The notes under the pieces were generated by a model. The model was not told where the DNA came from. It ran no database searches and saw only the letters and a program-made list of their open reading frames with translations. Positions 23,566 to 36,090 of a DNA stretch of 64,000 nt are shown here, in pieces. This stretch comes from Cyanophora paradoxa CCMP329 (taxonomy: Eukaryota > Plantae > Glaucophyta), in the NCBI GenBank assembly GCA_004431415.1, contig QPMI01000179.1, positions 124,001-188,000 of the forward strand, given 5' to 3'. A program made the translations under genes and the position numbers. Position 1 is the stretch's first letter, and every line of letters begins with the position of its first letter.

Positions 23566-25255
23566 GAAACAGGGGAGCACTCACCCCAAACAAGAACACC
23601 AAAAAGAGACACCCATTCACATCATCCAAACCTGATAGAGTGTTCTGGAACACTCCAGCAATCCCTGCACACAGTTTTTTGTGGGTGGGGACCCCTGTGA
23701 GATTCCAGGGGCGATAGGGGGAGCACTGAGCCCAAACAAGAGATCAGCAAAGCGACACCCCTCCTCGCCATGCACACCTTACAGAGTGCTTCAGACCACC
23801 CAAGGGCTCCCTGCACACTGTTTTGTGTGGGCTGGGACCCCTGTGACATTTTGGGGGGGCACCTGGGGGAGGCGCTGACCCCAAAACAAGAAAAAAGAAA
23901 TACAACACCCATTCTCCTCATGTGAACCTGACAGAGTGCTCTGGAACACTCCAAGGCTCCCTACCCAGTGTTTTGTATGGATGGGGACCACTGTGAATAT
24001 TTGTGGGATTACAGGGGGAGCGCTAACCCAAAACAAGAAACTTGAAATAACGAGACCCATTCTCCTCATGCCAACCGGACAGAGTTCTGTGGAACCCCCC
24101 AGGGCTTCCTACCCACGGCTTTGTGTGGATGGGGACTCCTGTGACATTTTGGGGGGCAACAGGGGGAGCACTGACCCCAAACAAGAACACCAAAAAGAGA
24201 CACCCATTCACCTCATCCACACCTGATAGAGTGTTCTGGAACACTCCAGCAATCCCTGCACACTGTTTTGTGTGGGTGGGGACCCCTGTGAGATTTCGGA
24301 GGGGCAACTGGGGGACGTGCTGACCCCAAAACAAGAAACTAGAAAAACAACACCCATTCTCCTCATGTGAACCTGACAGAGTGCTCTGGAACACTCCAAG
24401 GCTCCCTTCCCAGTGTTTTGTATGGATGGGGACCACTGTGAATATTTGTGGGATAACAGGGGGAGCGCTGACCCCAAACAAGAACCTAGAAATAACGACA
24501 CCCATTCTCCTCATGCCAACTGGACAGAGTTCTGTGGAACCCCCCAGGGCTTCCTACCCACGGCTTTGTGTGGACAGGGACTCCTGTGACATTTTGGGGG
24601 GCAACAGGGGGAGCACTGATCCCAAACAAGAACACCAAAGAGAGACACCCATTCACCTCATCCAAACCTGATAGAGTGTTCTGGAACACTCCAGCAATCC
24701 CTGCACACTGTTTTGTGTGGGTGGGGACCCCTTTGAGATTCCAGGGGGCGATAGGGGGAGCACTGAGCCCAAACAAGAGATCAGCAAAGCGACACCCCTC
24801 CTCGCCATGCACACCTTACAGAGTGCTTCAGACCACCCAAGGGCTCTTTGCAACACTGTTTTGTGTGGGTGGGGACCCCTGTGAGATTTCGGAGGGGCAA
24901 CTGGGGGACGTGCTGACCCCAAAACAAGAAAAAAGAAATACAACACCCATTCTCCTCATGTGAACCTGACAGAGTGCTCTGGAACACTCCAAGGCTCCCT
25001 ACCCAGTGTTTTGTAAGGATGGGGACCACTGTGAATATTTGTGGGATAACAGGGGGAGCGCTGACCCCAAACAAGAACCTAGAGATAACGACACCCATTC
25101 TCCTCATGCCAACCGGACAGAGTTCTCTGGAACCCCCCAGGGCTTCCTACCCACGGCTTTGTGTGGACGGGGACTCCTGTGACATTTTGGGGGGCAACAG
25201 GAGGAGCACTGGCCCCAAACAAGAACACCAAAAAGAGACACCCATTCACATCATC
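23566..25255 (-). repeat. ~147-bp satellite subfamily 2 (reverse)
   Basis: Monomer variants shared with 25690-28836. Confidence 0.95.
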
Positions 25256-25689
25256 TCCCCCACGAATATCCGAACCTCCCCTCGGGGCCTCTTACACTAC
25301 AAAAAAATATCACGCTTGCCATCACGGCAGACCTGACCTCCACCTCCCATCACATCCTCACAACGTGCGATTCCTGGACGCACGGCCTCCCCTCCCGTCG
25401 GTCCCATCTCCGACGCGAGTATATTATATCATCGCAATTGACGCCCCTCACCCTCCAACAAGCCAGACAACGACTCTATCGCTGCGGCCTCCTCACAATC
25501 CGTGACATTACGGCCTCTGACGGCTCCCTTGCTGACTGGTCCCTCCTCTAGAGTCATGGCCGTGTCCCGGCATACTACAAACGTGCCCCCTCCTGGTGGG
25601 ACGCGGTCCGCGAAGAACTCTTTCTCCCCCGCCTTTCCACCCGGTCCCCTTTCCTCCCCTGATACCCTCTGCCCCCGCCGCCCTCCATC
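25255..25689 (+). mobile_element. Near-identical duplicate of LINE segment ~20575-21010
   Basis: Direct comparison shows only a few substitutions. Confidence 0.95.
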
Positions 25690-28600
25690 TGCCCCTCCGA
25701 AATCTCACAGGGGTCCCCACCCACACAAAACAGTGTGCAGGGAGCCCTTGGGTGGTCTGGAGCACTCTCTAAGATGTGCATGGCGAGGAGGGGTGTCTCT
25801 TTGCTGATCTCTTGTTTGGGCTCAGTGCTCCCCCTATTGCCCATGGAATCTCACAGGGGTCCCCACCCACACAAACCAGTGTGCAGGGATTGCTGGAGTG
25901 TTCCAGAACACTCTATCAGGTTTGGATAATGTGAATGGGTGTCTCTTTTTGGTGTTCTTGTTTGGGGTCAGTGCTCCCCCTGTTGCCCCCCAAAATGTCA
26001 CAGGAGTCCCCGTCCACACATAGCCGTGGGTAGGAAGCCCTGGGGGGTTCCAGAGAACTCTGTCCAGTTGGCATGAGGAGATTGGGTGTCGTTATTTCTA
26101 GTTTCTTGTTTGGGGTCAGCGCTCCCCCTGTCATCCCCCAAAAGTTTACAGGGGTCCCCGTCCACACAAAATAGTAAGTAGGGAGTGCTGGTGTGTTCCA
26201 GAGCACTCTGTCAGGTTCACATGAGGAGAATGGGTGTTGTATTTCTAGTTTCTTGTTTTGGGGACAGCACGTCCCCCAGTTGCCCCTCCGAAATCTCACA
26301 GGGGTCCCCACCCACACAATACAGTGTGCAGGGAGCCCTTGGGTGGTCTGGAGCACTCTCTAAGATGTGCATGACGAGGAGGGGTGTCTCTTTGCTGATC
26401 TCTTGTTTGGGCTCAGTGCTCCCCCTATCGCCCCTGGAATCTCACAGGGGTCCCCACCCAGAAGAAGAAGAGTATGTATAAGACATGCCCACCCACAAAA
26501 ACCAGTGTGCAGGGATTGCTGGAGTGTTCCAGAACACTCTATCAGGTTTGGATGATGTGAATGGGTGTCTCTTTTTGGTGTTTTTGTTTGGGGTCAGTGC
26601 TCCCCCTGTTGCCCCCCAAAATGTCACAGGAGTCCCCGTCCACACAAAGCCGTGGGTAGGAAGCCCTGGGGGGTTCCAGAGCACTCTGTCCAGTTGGCAT
26701 GAGGAGATTGGGTGTCGTTATTTCTAGTTTCTTGTTTGGGGTCAGCGCTTCCCCTGTCGTCCCCCAAAAGTTTACAGGGGTCCCCGTCCACACAAAATAG
26801 TAAGCAGGGAGTGCTGGTGTGTTCCAGAGCACTCTGTCAGGTTCACATGAGGAGAATGGGTGTTGTATTTCTAGTTTCTCGTTTTGGGGACAGCAGGTCC
26901 CCCAGTTGCCCCTCCAAAATCTCACAGGGGTCCCCACCCACACAAAACAGTGTGCAGGGAGCCCTTGGGTGGTCTGGAGCACTCTCTAAGATGTGCATGG
27001 CGAGGAGGGGTGTCTCTTTGCTGATCTCTTGTTTGGGCTCAGTGCTCCCCCTATTGCCCCTGGAATCTCACAGGGGTCCCCACCCACACAAACCAGTGTG
27101 CAGGGATTGCTGGAGTGTTCCAGAACACTCTATCAGGTTTGGATGATGTGAATGGGTGTCTCTTTTTGGTGTTCTTGTTTGGGGTCAGTGCTCCCCCTGT
27201 TGCCCCCCAAAATGTCACAGGAGTCCCCGTCCACACATAGCCATGGGTAGGAAGCCCTGGGGGGTTCCAGAGAACTCTGTCCAGTTGGCATGAGGAGATT
27301 GGGTGTCATTATTTCAAGTTTCTTGTTTGGGGTCAGCGCTCCCCCTGTCATCCCCCAAAAGTTTACAGGGGTCCCCGTCCACACAAAATAGTAAGTAGGG
27401 AGTGCTGGTGTGTTCCAGAGCACTCTGTCAGGTTCACATGAGGAGAATGGGTGTTGTATTTCTAGTTTCTTGTTTTGGGGACAGCAGGTCCCCCAGTTGC
27501 CCCTCCAAAATCTCACAGGGGTCCCCACCCACACAAACCAGTGTGCAGGGAGCCCTTGGGTGGTCTGGAGCACTCTCTAAGATGTGCATGACGAGGAGGG
27601 GTGTCTCTTTGCTGATCTCTTGTTTGGGCCCAGTGCTCCCCCTATCGCCTCTGGAATTTCACAGGGGTCCCCACCCACAAAAACCAGTGTGCAGGGATTG
27701 CTGGAGTGTTCCAGAACACTCTATCAGGTTTGGATGAGGTGAATGGGTGTCTCTTTTTGGTGTTCTTGTTTGGGGTCAGTGCTCCCCCTGTTGCCCCCCA
27801 AAATGTCACAGGAGTCCCCATCCACACAAAGCCGTGGGTAGGAAGCCCTGGGGGGTTCCACAGAACTCTGTCCGGTTGGCATGAGGAGAATGGGTCTCGT
27901 TATTTCTAGTTTCTTGTTTGGGGTCAGCGCTTCCCCTGTCGTCCCCCATAAGTTTACAGGGGTCCCCGTCCACACAAAATAGTAAGCAGGGAGTGCTGGT
28001 GTGTTCCAGAGCACTCTGTCAGGTTCACATGAGGAGAATGGGTGTTGTATTTCTAGTTTCTCGTTTTGGGGACAGCAGGTCCCCCAGTTGCCCCTCCAAA
28101 ATCTCACAGGGGTCCCCACCCACACAAAACAGTGTGCAGGGAGCCCTTGGGTGGTCTGGAGCACTCTCTAAGGTGTGCATGGCGAGGAGGGGTGTCTCTT
28201 TGCTGATCTCTTGTTTGGGCCCAGTGCTCCCCCTATCGCCCCTGGAATCTGACAGGGGTCCCCACCCACACAAACCAGTGTGCAGGGATTGCTGGAGTGT
28301 TCCAGAACACTCTATCAGGTTTGGATGATGTGAATGGGTGTCTCTTTTTGGTGTTCTTGTTTGGGGTCAGTGCTCCCCCTGTTGCCCCCCAAAATGTCAC
28401 AGGAGTCCCCGTCCACACAAAGCCGTGGGTAGGAAGCCCTGGGGGGTTCCAGAGAACTCTGTCCAGTTGGCATGAGGAGATTGGGTGTCGTTATTTCTAG
28501 TTTCTTGTTTGGGGTCAGCGCTCCCCCTGTCATCCCCCAAAAGTTTACAGGGGTCCCCGTCCACACAAAATAGTAAGTAGGGAGTGCTGGTGTGTTCCAG

Positions 28601-28836
28601 AGCACTCTGTCAGGTTCACATGAGGAGAATGGGTGTTGTATTTCTAGTTTCTTGTTTTGGGGACAGCAGGTCCCCCAGTTGCCCCTCCGAAATCTCACAG
28701 GGGTCCCTACCCACACAATACAGTGTGCAGGGAGCCCTTGGGTGGTCTGGAGCACTCTCGAAGATGTGCATGACGAGGAGGGGTGTCTCTTTGCTGATCT
28801 CTTGTTTGGGCTCAGTGCTCCCCCTATCGCCCCTGG
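25690..28836 (+). repeat. ~147-bp satellite with 591-bp (4-mer) higher-order repeat
   Basis: ORF-track periodicity 26542/27133/27724/28315. Confidence 0.96.
26461..26487 (-). mobile_element. 27-bp 5'-truncated (TTC)n-tailed retroposon insertion, 8-bp TSD CCCACCCA
   Basis: This HOR unit is 626 bp instead of 591; insert matches the 3' end of the 42450 insertion. Confidence 0.85.
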
Positions 28837-30016
28837 AACAAGAGATCAGCAAAGAGACACCCCTCCTCGCCATGCACATCTTCGAGAGTGCTCCAGACCA
28901 CCCAAGGGCTCCCTGCACACTGTTTTGTGTGGGCGGGGACCCCTGTGACATTTTGGAGGGGCAAGTGGGGGATGTGCTGACCCCAAAACAAGAAACTAGA
29001 AATACAACACCCATTCTCCTCATGTGAACCTGACAGAGTGCTCTGGAACACACCAGCACTCCCTACTTACTATTTTGTGTGGACGGGGACCCCTGTAAAC
29101 GTTTGGGGGATGACAGGGGGAGCGCAGAAAATCGATTTCCTTTCTGATCAACCATGTGCACCAACAACAGAAGTGCCAACAAGTGTGGAGGCATCCAGCG
29201 ACTGTAGGACTGTCCCAGAACGTGCGCACATTCTGGTTTTGGAACACGACGTGGAAGTTCCGGCTGGCCAACAAGTAAAGGTGTATTTGCAGACAAGAAA
29301 TTACTTTTCCGACTGCAAAGGCTACCTGGAGAACTTCCACCAATTAGATTCAAATCCTGAGATCAAAATAACGAATATCTTGAACCGTTGTCGAGGCGGG
29401 AGGTTATTTGCTCACGTGGCCAACCTTAGAAGCCGTTTTGATGCGCCACATGTGATTTTGCGGAAAGGCATGAAAGTAGCCCGATTTGTACCACATACAC
29501 TCGGTAGACAAACTCAGCAGAACTTTCCCAAAGTGTATGACTGTGGAATCGCATTGAATTATGATCAGTTGGGAAACGGAACATACCTTACAGAGTGCTC
29601 CAGACCACCTGAGGGCTCCCTGCACACTGTTTTGTGTGGGTGGGAACCCCTGTGAGATTCCAGGGGACGATAGGGGGAGCACACAGCCCAAATAAGAGAT
29701 CAGCAAAGAGACACCCCTCCTCGCCATGCACATCTTAGAGAGTGCTCCAGACAACCCAAGGGCTCCCTGCACACTGTTTTGTGTGGGTGGGGATGCCTGT
29801 GAGTTTGGAGGGGCCACTGGGGGAAGCGCTCCCCCTGTCGCTCACCCAAAATCTCACAGGGGTCCCCAGACACATAAGACAGTGGCAGGGAGCCCTTCGG
29901 GGTTCCAGAGCACTCTGTCAGCTTTGCATGATGCAAATTGGTGTCTCTTTTTGGGGTTCTTGTTTGGGGTCAGTGCTCCCCCTGTTGCTCGCCCCAAATC
30001 TCCTAGGGGTCCCCAC
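28837..30016. repeat. ~147-bp satellite pieces with orientation flips, interrupted by a gypsy fragment
   Basis: Reverse at 28837-29125 and 29585-29825, forward at 29826-30016. Confidence 0.85.
29126..29585 (+). mobile_element. Gypsy pol fragment (protease-RT spacer, family A-related)
   Basis: DCKGYLE..NPEIK..CRGGR..NLRSRFD..LRKG aligns with ORF 1483-3183. Confidence 0.85.
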
Positions 30017-30572
30017 ATACTGCCCTTACTTCTCTCCCGCAGACTTCGACATCCCAGTTGGCGACATCCCCATGGAACTGGAAGGAGTCCAGACCCAGGG
30101 GAAGAAGAGCGCAATTTAGTCGATCCTGTAATGGAACATTTGAATCAGAAGATTAAACCTGCTTACTGTGGAGGCCTTCTGGAAGCAGGTTGGGAGTCAC
30201 AGGTGGCCCCCTCAACTCGAAGTCGCCACGCCGCCGTGGTCCGCGACTGACTCGCAAGATGCCTCCCTCCCATTTCGAGGGTGGAATCCAAATTACATGT
30301 TCCTGCCAGCTTGTTCACGCCCCCTAAGCTCCCGGCGGCGAGCTCGCGATTTTTTGCACATGAATCTGCACGTTCCATGACACGGTTACCAAGTCGGCGG
30401 CCCCTGTGAGCCCGGGAGAGGGAACTGGTGCCTGCGGAAGTACATGCAGAGTATTTGGCTTGGAAGCACACGTCGCCTGGGCACTGCGCTGGGGGAGAAC
30501 GACTCCCTAATTGGGTTCACCCGAGATCAAATTCTTGGGGGCCGGTATCCGGTCTGTCCGTGCCTTTCTAGC

Positions 30573-31281
30573 TACAATGAGCGTCGAACGACTTTGAGAA
30601 GGTAATCAAATCATCGACAAAAATCAGAACTGAAATCCACAAATTGTCATTAAACATTCCTTCCATTATGTGCTAAAAGGTAGGAGGGGCATTGGTCAAG
30701 CCCATTGCCATAACATTCATCTGAAAAAGACCAAAAGGAGTCCTGAAGGCTGTTTTCTCCTTATCTTCCGGATTCATTTTGACCTGCCAGAAGCCCGATG
30801 TGAAATCCATGTTGGAAAAATACTCGTTGCCTTGCAGAGCATCAAGCATATCTTTTGGTGACAGCATTCAACTGACGATAATTTGTAACGAGACGTTTCT
30901 CATCTGTGCCGTGCTTGGAAACAAAGAATGCAGGTGCAGCCCGAGGAGATTCACTGGGCTCTGCAGTGCTCCTGTGAATGAGATCTTCCAGAGTGATTTT
31001 AAACAATTCGTGGTCCTTAGGAGAGAAATTCATGTGTCGTGCATTGATAGGGTGAGCATCGCCAATATCAATTGCATGATGTCCAGGCAAACACTTCAAA
31101 GGGTCAAATATAAACTTGTCGACAAACAGATCACAATTATTCTTCAATAGGGACTCCATCATCTGCCTCTGCTCCTTCGAATCACCAGAATGTCCAAAAT
31201 CCAAGTCCTTTATTTTCTCAAAATAGGATTTTTCAAAGCTGGGGTTGATAGTTGAAACTTCGTTTTTGTAAAACTTGTCCT
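30573..31281 (-). mobile_element. Family C RT fragment (second copy; lacks the 67-bp insertion)
   Basis: Nearly identical to 42293-43100 apart from indels. Confidence 0.93.
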
Positions 31282-31385
31282 CGGATCACTCGCTGGGTTA
31301 CCGATATGCAGGAGTTCAATTTTGAAATTCAGTATAAACCCGGCAAGTCGAATGCCGATGCCGATGCTCTTTCCAGACTTGTTCG
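31282..31385 (+). mobile_element. Family A-like RNase H end
   Basis: RITRWVTDMQEFNFEIQYKPGKSNADADALSRL. Confidence 0.85.
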
Positions 31386-32024
31386 GACGGCGGTAGTTGT
31401 CGATTCCGCCATTCTGCGGAGAACATAAGCTTGTTGCATTACAATTCGCTCATGGATATCATTTTCGAAGCTCTGTGCGCTCTTGGCCGGCTTGCCGAGG
31501 TCGCTTGTTCGTGATATCTCCGTTTTCTTTGGAATTCCGTGATTTTGCGGAGCTGTCTCTTTTCTTTCACTTTGGAATCTTTCAAATTCATTCTTTCTTT
31601 CTTTTGGATTGATCTGAAATGTTTTCTTGAAAACTGGACTCGTCAAGCAACACTATTCGAGCAGTGTACTGTTGTAGACTAGGGCCCTTCCTTAGGTCCT
31701 TAGTTAACGACTGTATCGTGGATTCGTGGATTCAATCGTGGATTCCGTCCACCAGTCCGGCTTTGTGTTGTTGTTTGTTGTCGGCAGACCTTCGGTTATC
31801 TTGATGTGATGTCAAAAGGAAGCGCATAGCAGAAGCGTAGGATTTGGTTAGTTTAGTAGCATAGCGCTATGCGCACAGACAGTTTTCATCGAATTTTGAG
31901 TGCGCTGTATTGTTAGGCCGTCCTCCCAGTTCACTCTTTCACGGCCTAGCTCTGTCTATGTCGCGAAGCGAAGTTCCTCTCCCCTTTCGCCGTAGCGAAT
32001 GTGACATGTGCGCTAGTGATACCC

Positions 32025-35000
32025 AACACTGCATGCATGGGTGCTGAGATGCTCAGTGCCAGCCATATTGAAACCTAGGGCCCATATCTCATACACCCCT
32101 GAGCAAGCTGCTGGGGGTTCTCAAGGGCGCTGGATTTGATTGTGAAGTCGGTTGAAGGCAGTTGCGAGTCTTTGCTGCCATGCAAATCGGCACAAATGAA
32201 GTGTTGGCAATTGGGGCCTGCTATTGCTTGGCAAGGCAAGAGCACCTTTTCGGCGCTTTCTGCAATCAAAATCAAATTTAGTGCCCATGATATAGGCCAG
32301 GTACACCTCTCCGTCAGTAAAAATGTCGGGATCTTGCAGGCATCATGATCAATTCTCATGATCATCATGAACACTGCATGCATGGGTGCTGAGATGCTCA
32401 GTGCGAGCCATATTGAAACCTAGGGCCCATATCTCATACACCCCTGAGCATGCTGCTGGGGGTTCTCAAGGGCGCTGAATTTGATTGTAAAGTCGGTTCA
32501 AGGCAGATGCAAGTCTGTGCTGCCATGCAAATCGGCACAAATGAAGTGTTGGCAATTGGGGCCTGCTATTGCTTGGCAAGGCAAGAGCACCTTTTCGGCG
32601 CTTTCCGCAATCAAAATCAAATCTAGTGCCCGTGATATAGGCCAGGTACACTTCTCCGTCAGTACAAAAGGTCGGGATCTTGCAGGCATCATGATCAAGT
32701 CTCATGATCATCATGAACACTGCATGCATGGGTGCTGAGATGCTCAGTGCGAGCCATATTGAAACCTAGGGCCCATATCTCATACACCCCTGAGCATGCT
32801 GTTGGGGGTTCTCAAGGGCGCTGAATTTGATAGTGAAACCGGTTGATGGCAGTTGCGAGTCTTTGCTGCCATGCAAATCAGCACAAATGAAGTGTTGGCA
32901 ATTGGGGCCTGCTATTGCTTGGCAAGGCAAGAGCACCTTTTCAGTGCTTACTGCAATCAAAATCAAATCTAGTGCCCGTGATATAGGCCAGGTACACCTC
33001 TCCGTCAGTAAAAAGGTCGGGATCTTGCAGGCATCATGATCAATTCTCATGGAGTCTGGGCTGCCATGCAAATCGGCACAAATGAAGTGTTGGCAATTGG
33101 GGCCTGCTATTGCTTGGCAAGGCAAGAGCACCTTTTCGGCGCTTTCTGCAATCAAAATCAAATTTAGTGCCCATGATATAGGCCAGGTACACCGCTCCGT
33201 CAGTAAAAATGTCGGGATCTTGCAGGCATCATGATCAATTCTCATGATCATCATGAACACTGCATGCATGGGTGCTGAGATGCTCAGTGCGAGCCATATT
33301 GAAACCTAGGGCCCATATCTCATACACCCCTGAGCATGCTGCTGGGGGTTCTCAAGGGCGCTGAATTTGATTGTAAAGTCGGTTCAAGGCAGATGCAAGT
33401 CTGTGCTGCCATGCAAATTGGCACAAATGAAGTGTTGGCAATTGGGGCCTGCTATTGCTTGGCAAGGCAAGAGCACCTTTTCGGCGCTTTCCGCAATCAA
33501 AATCAAATCTAGTGCCCGTGATATAGGCCAGGTACACTTCTCCGTCAGTACAAAAGGTCGGGATCTTGCAGGCATCATGATCAAGTCTCATGATCATCAT
33601 GAACACTGCATGCATGGGTGCTGAGATGCTCAGTGCGAGCCATATTGAAACCTAGGGCCCATATCTCATACACCCCTGAGCATGCTGTTGGGGGTTCTCA
33701 AGGGCGCTGAATTTGATAGTGAAACCGGTTGATGGCAGTTGCAAGTCTTTGCTGCCATGCAAATCAGCACAAATGAAGTGTTGGCAATTGGGGCCTGCTA
33801 TTGCTTGGCAAGGCAAGAGCACCTTTTCAGTGCTTACTGCAATCAAAATCAAATCTAGTGCCCGTGATATAGGCCAGGTACACCTCTCCGTCAGTAAAAA
33901 GGTCGGGATCTTGCAGGCATCATGATCAATTCTCATGGAGTCTGGGCTGCCATGCAAATCGGCACAAATGAAGTGTTGGCAATTGGGGCCTGCTATTGCT
34001 TGGCAAGGCAAGAGCACCTTTTCGGCGCTTTCCGCAATCATAATCCAATCTAGTGCCCGTGATATAGGCCAGGTACACTTCTCCGTCAGTAAAAAGGTCG
34101 GGATCTTGCAGGCATCATGATCAAGTCTCATGATCATCATGAACACTGCATGCATGGGTGCTGAGATGCTCAGTGCCAGCCATATTGAAACCTAGGGCCC
34201 TTATCTCATACACCCCTGAGCATGCTGTTGGGGGTTCTCAAGGGTGCTGAATTTGATTGTAAAGTCGGTTCAAGGCAGTTGCGAGTCTGTGCTGCCATGC
34301 AAATCTGCACAAATGAAGTGTTGGCAATTGGGGCCTGCTATTGCTTGGCAAGGCAAGAGCACCTTTTCGGCGCTTTCCGCAATCATAATCCAATCTAGTG
34401 CCCGTGATATAGGCCAGGTACACTTCTCCGTCAGTAAAAAGGTCGGGATCTTGCAGGCATCATGATCAAGTCTCATGATCATCATGAACACTGCATGCAT
34501 GGGTGCTGAGATGCTCAGTGCCAGCCATATTGAAACCTAGGGCCCTTATCTCATACACCCCTGAGCATGCTGTTGGCGGTTCTCAAGGGTGCTGGATTTG
34601 ATAGTGAAACCAGTTGAAGGCATATGCAAGTCTGTGCTGCCATGCAAATCGGCACAAATGAAGTGTTGGCAATTGGGGCCTGCTATTGCTTGGCAAGGCA
34701 AGAGCACCTTTTCGGCGCTTTCCCCAATCAAAATCAAATCTTGTGCCGGTGATATAGGCCAGGTACACTTCTCCATCAGTACAAAAGGTCGGGATCTTGC
34801 AGGCATCATGATCAATTCTCATGATCATCATGAACACTGCATGCATGGGTGCTGAGATGCTCAGTGCGAGCCATATTGAAACCTAGGGCCCATATCTCAT
34901 ACACCCCTGAGCATGCTGCTGGGGGTTTGCAAGGGCGCTGGATTTGATTGTGAAGTCGGCAGATGCAAGTCTTTGCTGCCATGCAAATCGGCACAAATGA

Positions 35001-35803
35001 AGTGTTGGCAATTGGGGCCTGCTATTGCTTGGCAAGGCAAGAGCACCTTTTCGGCGCTTTCTGCAATCAAAATCAAATTTAGTGCCCATGATATAGGCCA
35101 GGTACACCTCTCCGTCAGTACAAAAGGTCGGGATCTTGCAGGCATCATGATCAATTCTCATGATCATCATGAACACTGCATGCATGGGTGCTGAGATGCT
35201 CAGTGCGAGCCATATTGAAACCTAAGGCCCATATCTCATACACCCCTGAGCATGCTGTTGGGGGTTCTCAAGGGTGCTGGATTTGATAGTGAAACCGGTT
35301 GATAGCAGTTGCGAGTCTTTGCTGCCATGCAAATCAGCACAAATGAAGTGTTGGCAATTGGGGCCTGCTATTGCTGGCAAGGCAAGAGCACCTTTTTGGC
35401 GCTTTCCGCAATCATAATCAAATCTAGTGCCCGTGATATAGGCCAGGTACACTTCTCCATCAGTACAAAAGGTCGGGATCTTGCAGGCATCATGATCAAT
35501 TCTCATGATCATCATGAACACTGCATGCATGGGTGCTGAGATGCTCAGTGCGAGCCATATTGAAACCTAGGGCCCATATCTCATACACCCCTGAGCATGC
35601 TGTTGGGGGTTCTCAGGGGCGCTGGATTTGATTGTAAAGTCGGTTCAAGGCCGATGCAAGTCTGTGCTGCCATGCAAATCGGCACAAATGAAGTGTTGGC
35701 AATTGGGGCCTGCTATTGCTTGGCAAGGCAAGAGCACCTTCTTGGCGCTTTCCGCAATCAAAATCAAATCTAGTGCCTGTGATATAGGCCAGGTACACCT
35801 CTC
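32025..35803 (+). repeat. ~346-bp satellite array; 886-bp higher-order unit (2 monomers plus a 195-bp partial)
   Basis: CCTAGGGCCCATATCTC periodicity; ORF-track 32466/33352/34238. Confidence 0.96.
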
Positions 35804-36090
35804 TGATAGCCCCCCCCCCCCTGATGACTCTTGTCCCTTGGGTCTTGATAGTGTCTTGTCTTTTCGTCTTGTTTTTGTCTAAAAGAACTATTTCAACTCT
35901 TCAAATTACCACTGTAAGCTCTTCGCTTACAAGTGGTAGCATCGGATCTCACGATCCCTTGCTTGATTCTCCAAAAATTTCACATTACAACCTCAGGCAA
36001 ACCCTTGCGCGATTACAGCGCATTAATTTGGACACCGTGGAACAAGACGTAGAAGTAGACGTTGAAGACGATCAGGAAGACGAAGACGAA

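Noticed and set aside
30017-30572. Coding-like unique fragment (also 47300-47758 and 17857-18245)
   Set aside because: Stops and no recognisable motif; cannot be assigned without a search
31806-32006. Possible solo LTR (TGATGTCA...TGTGACA)
   Set aside because: No second copy, PBS, PPT or TSD visible in the window
35934-35945. tRNA gene
   Set aside because: Only a PBS complementary to a tRNA 3' end; no cloverleaf
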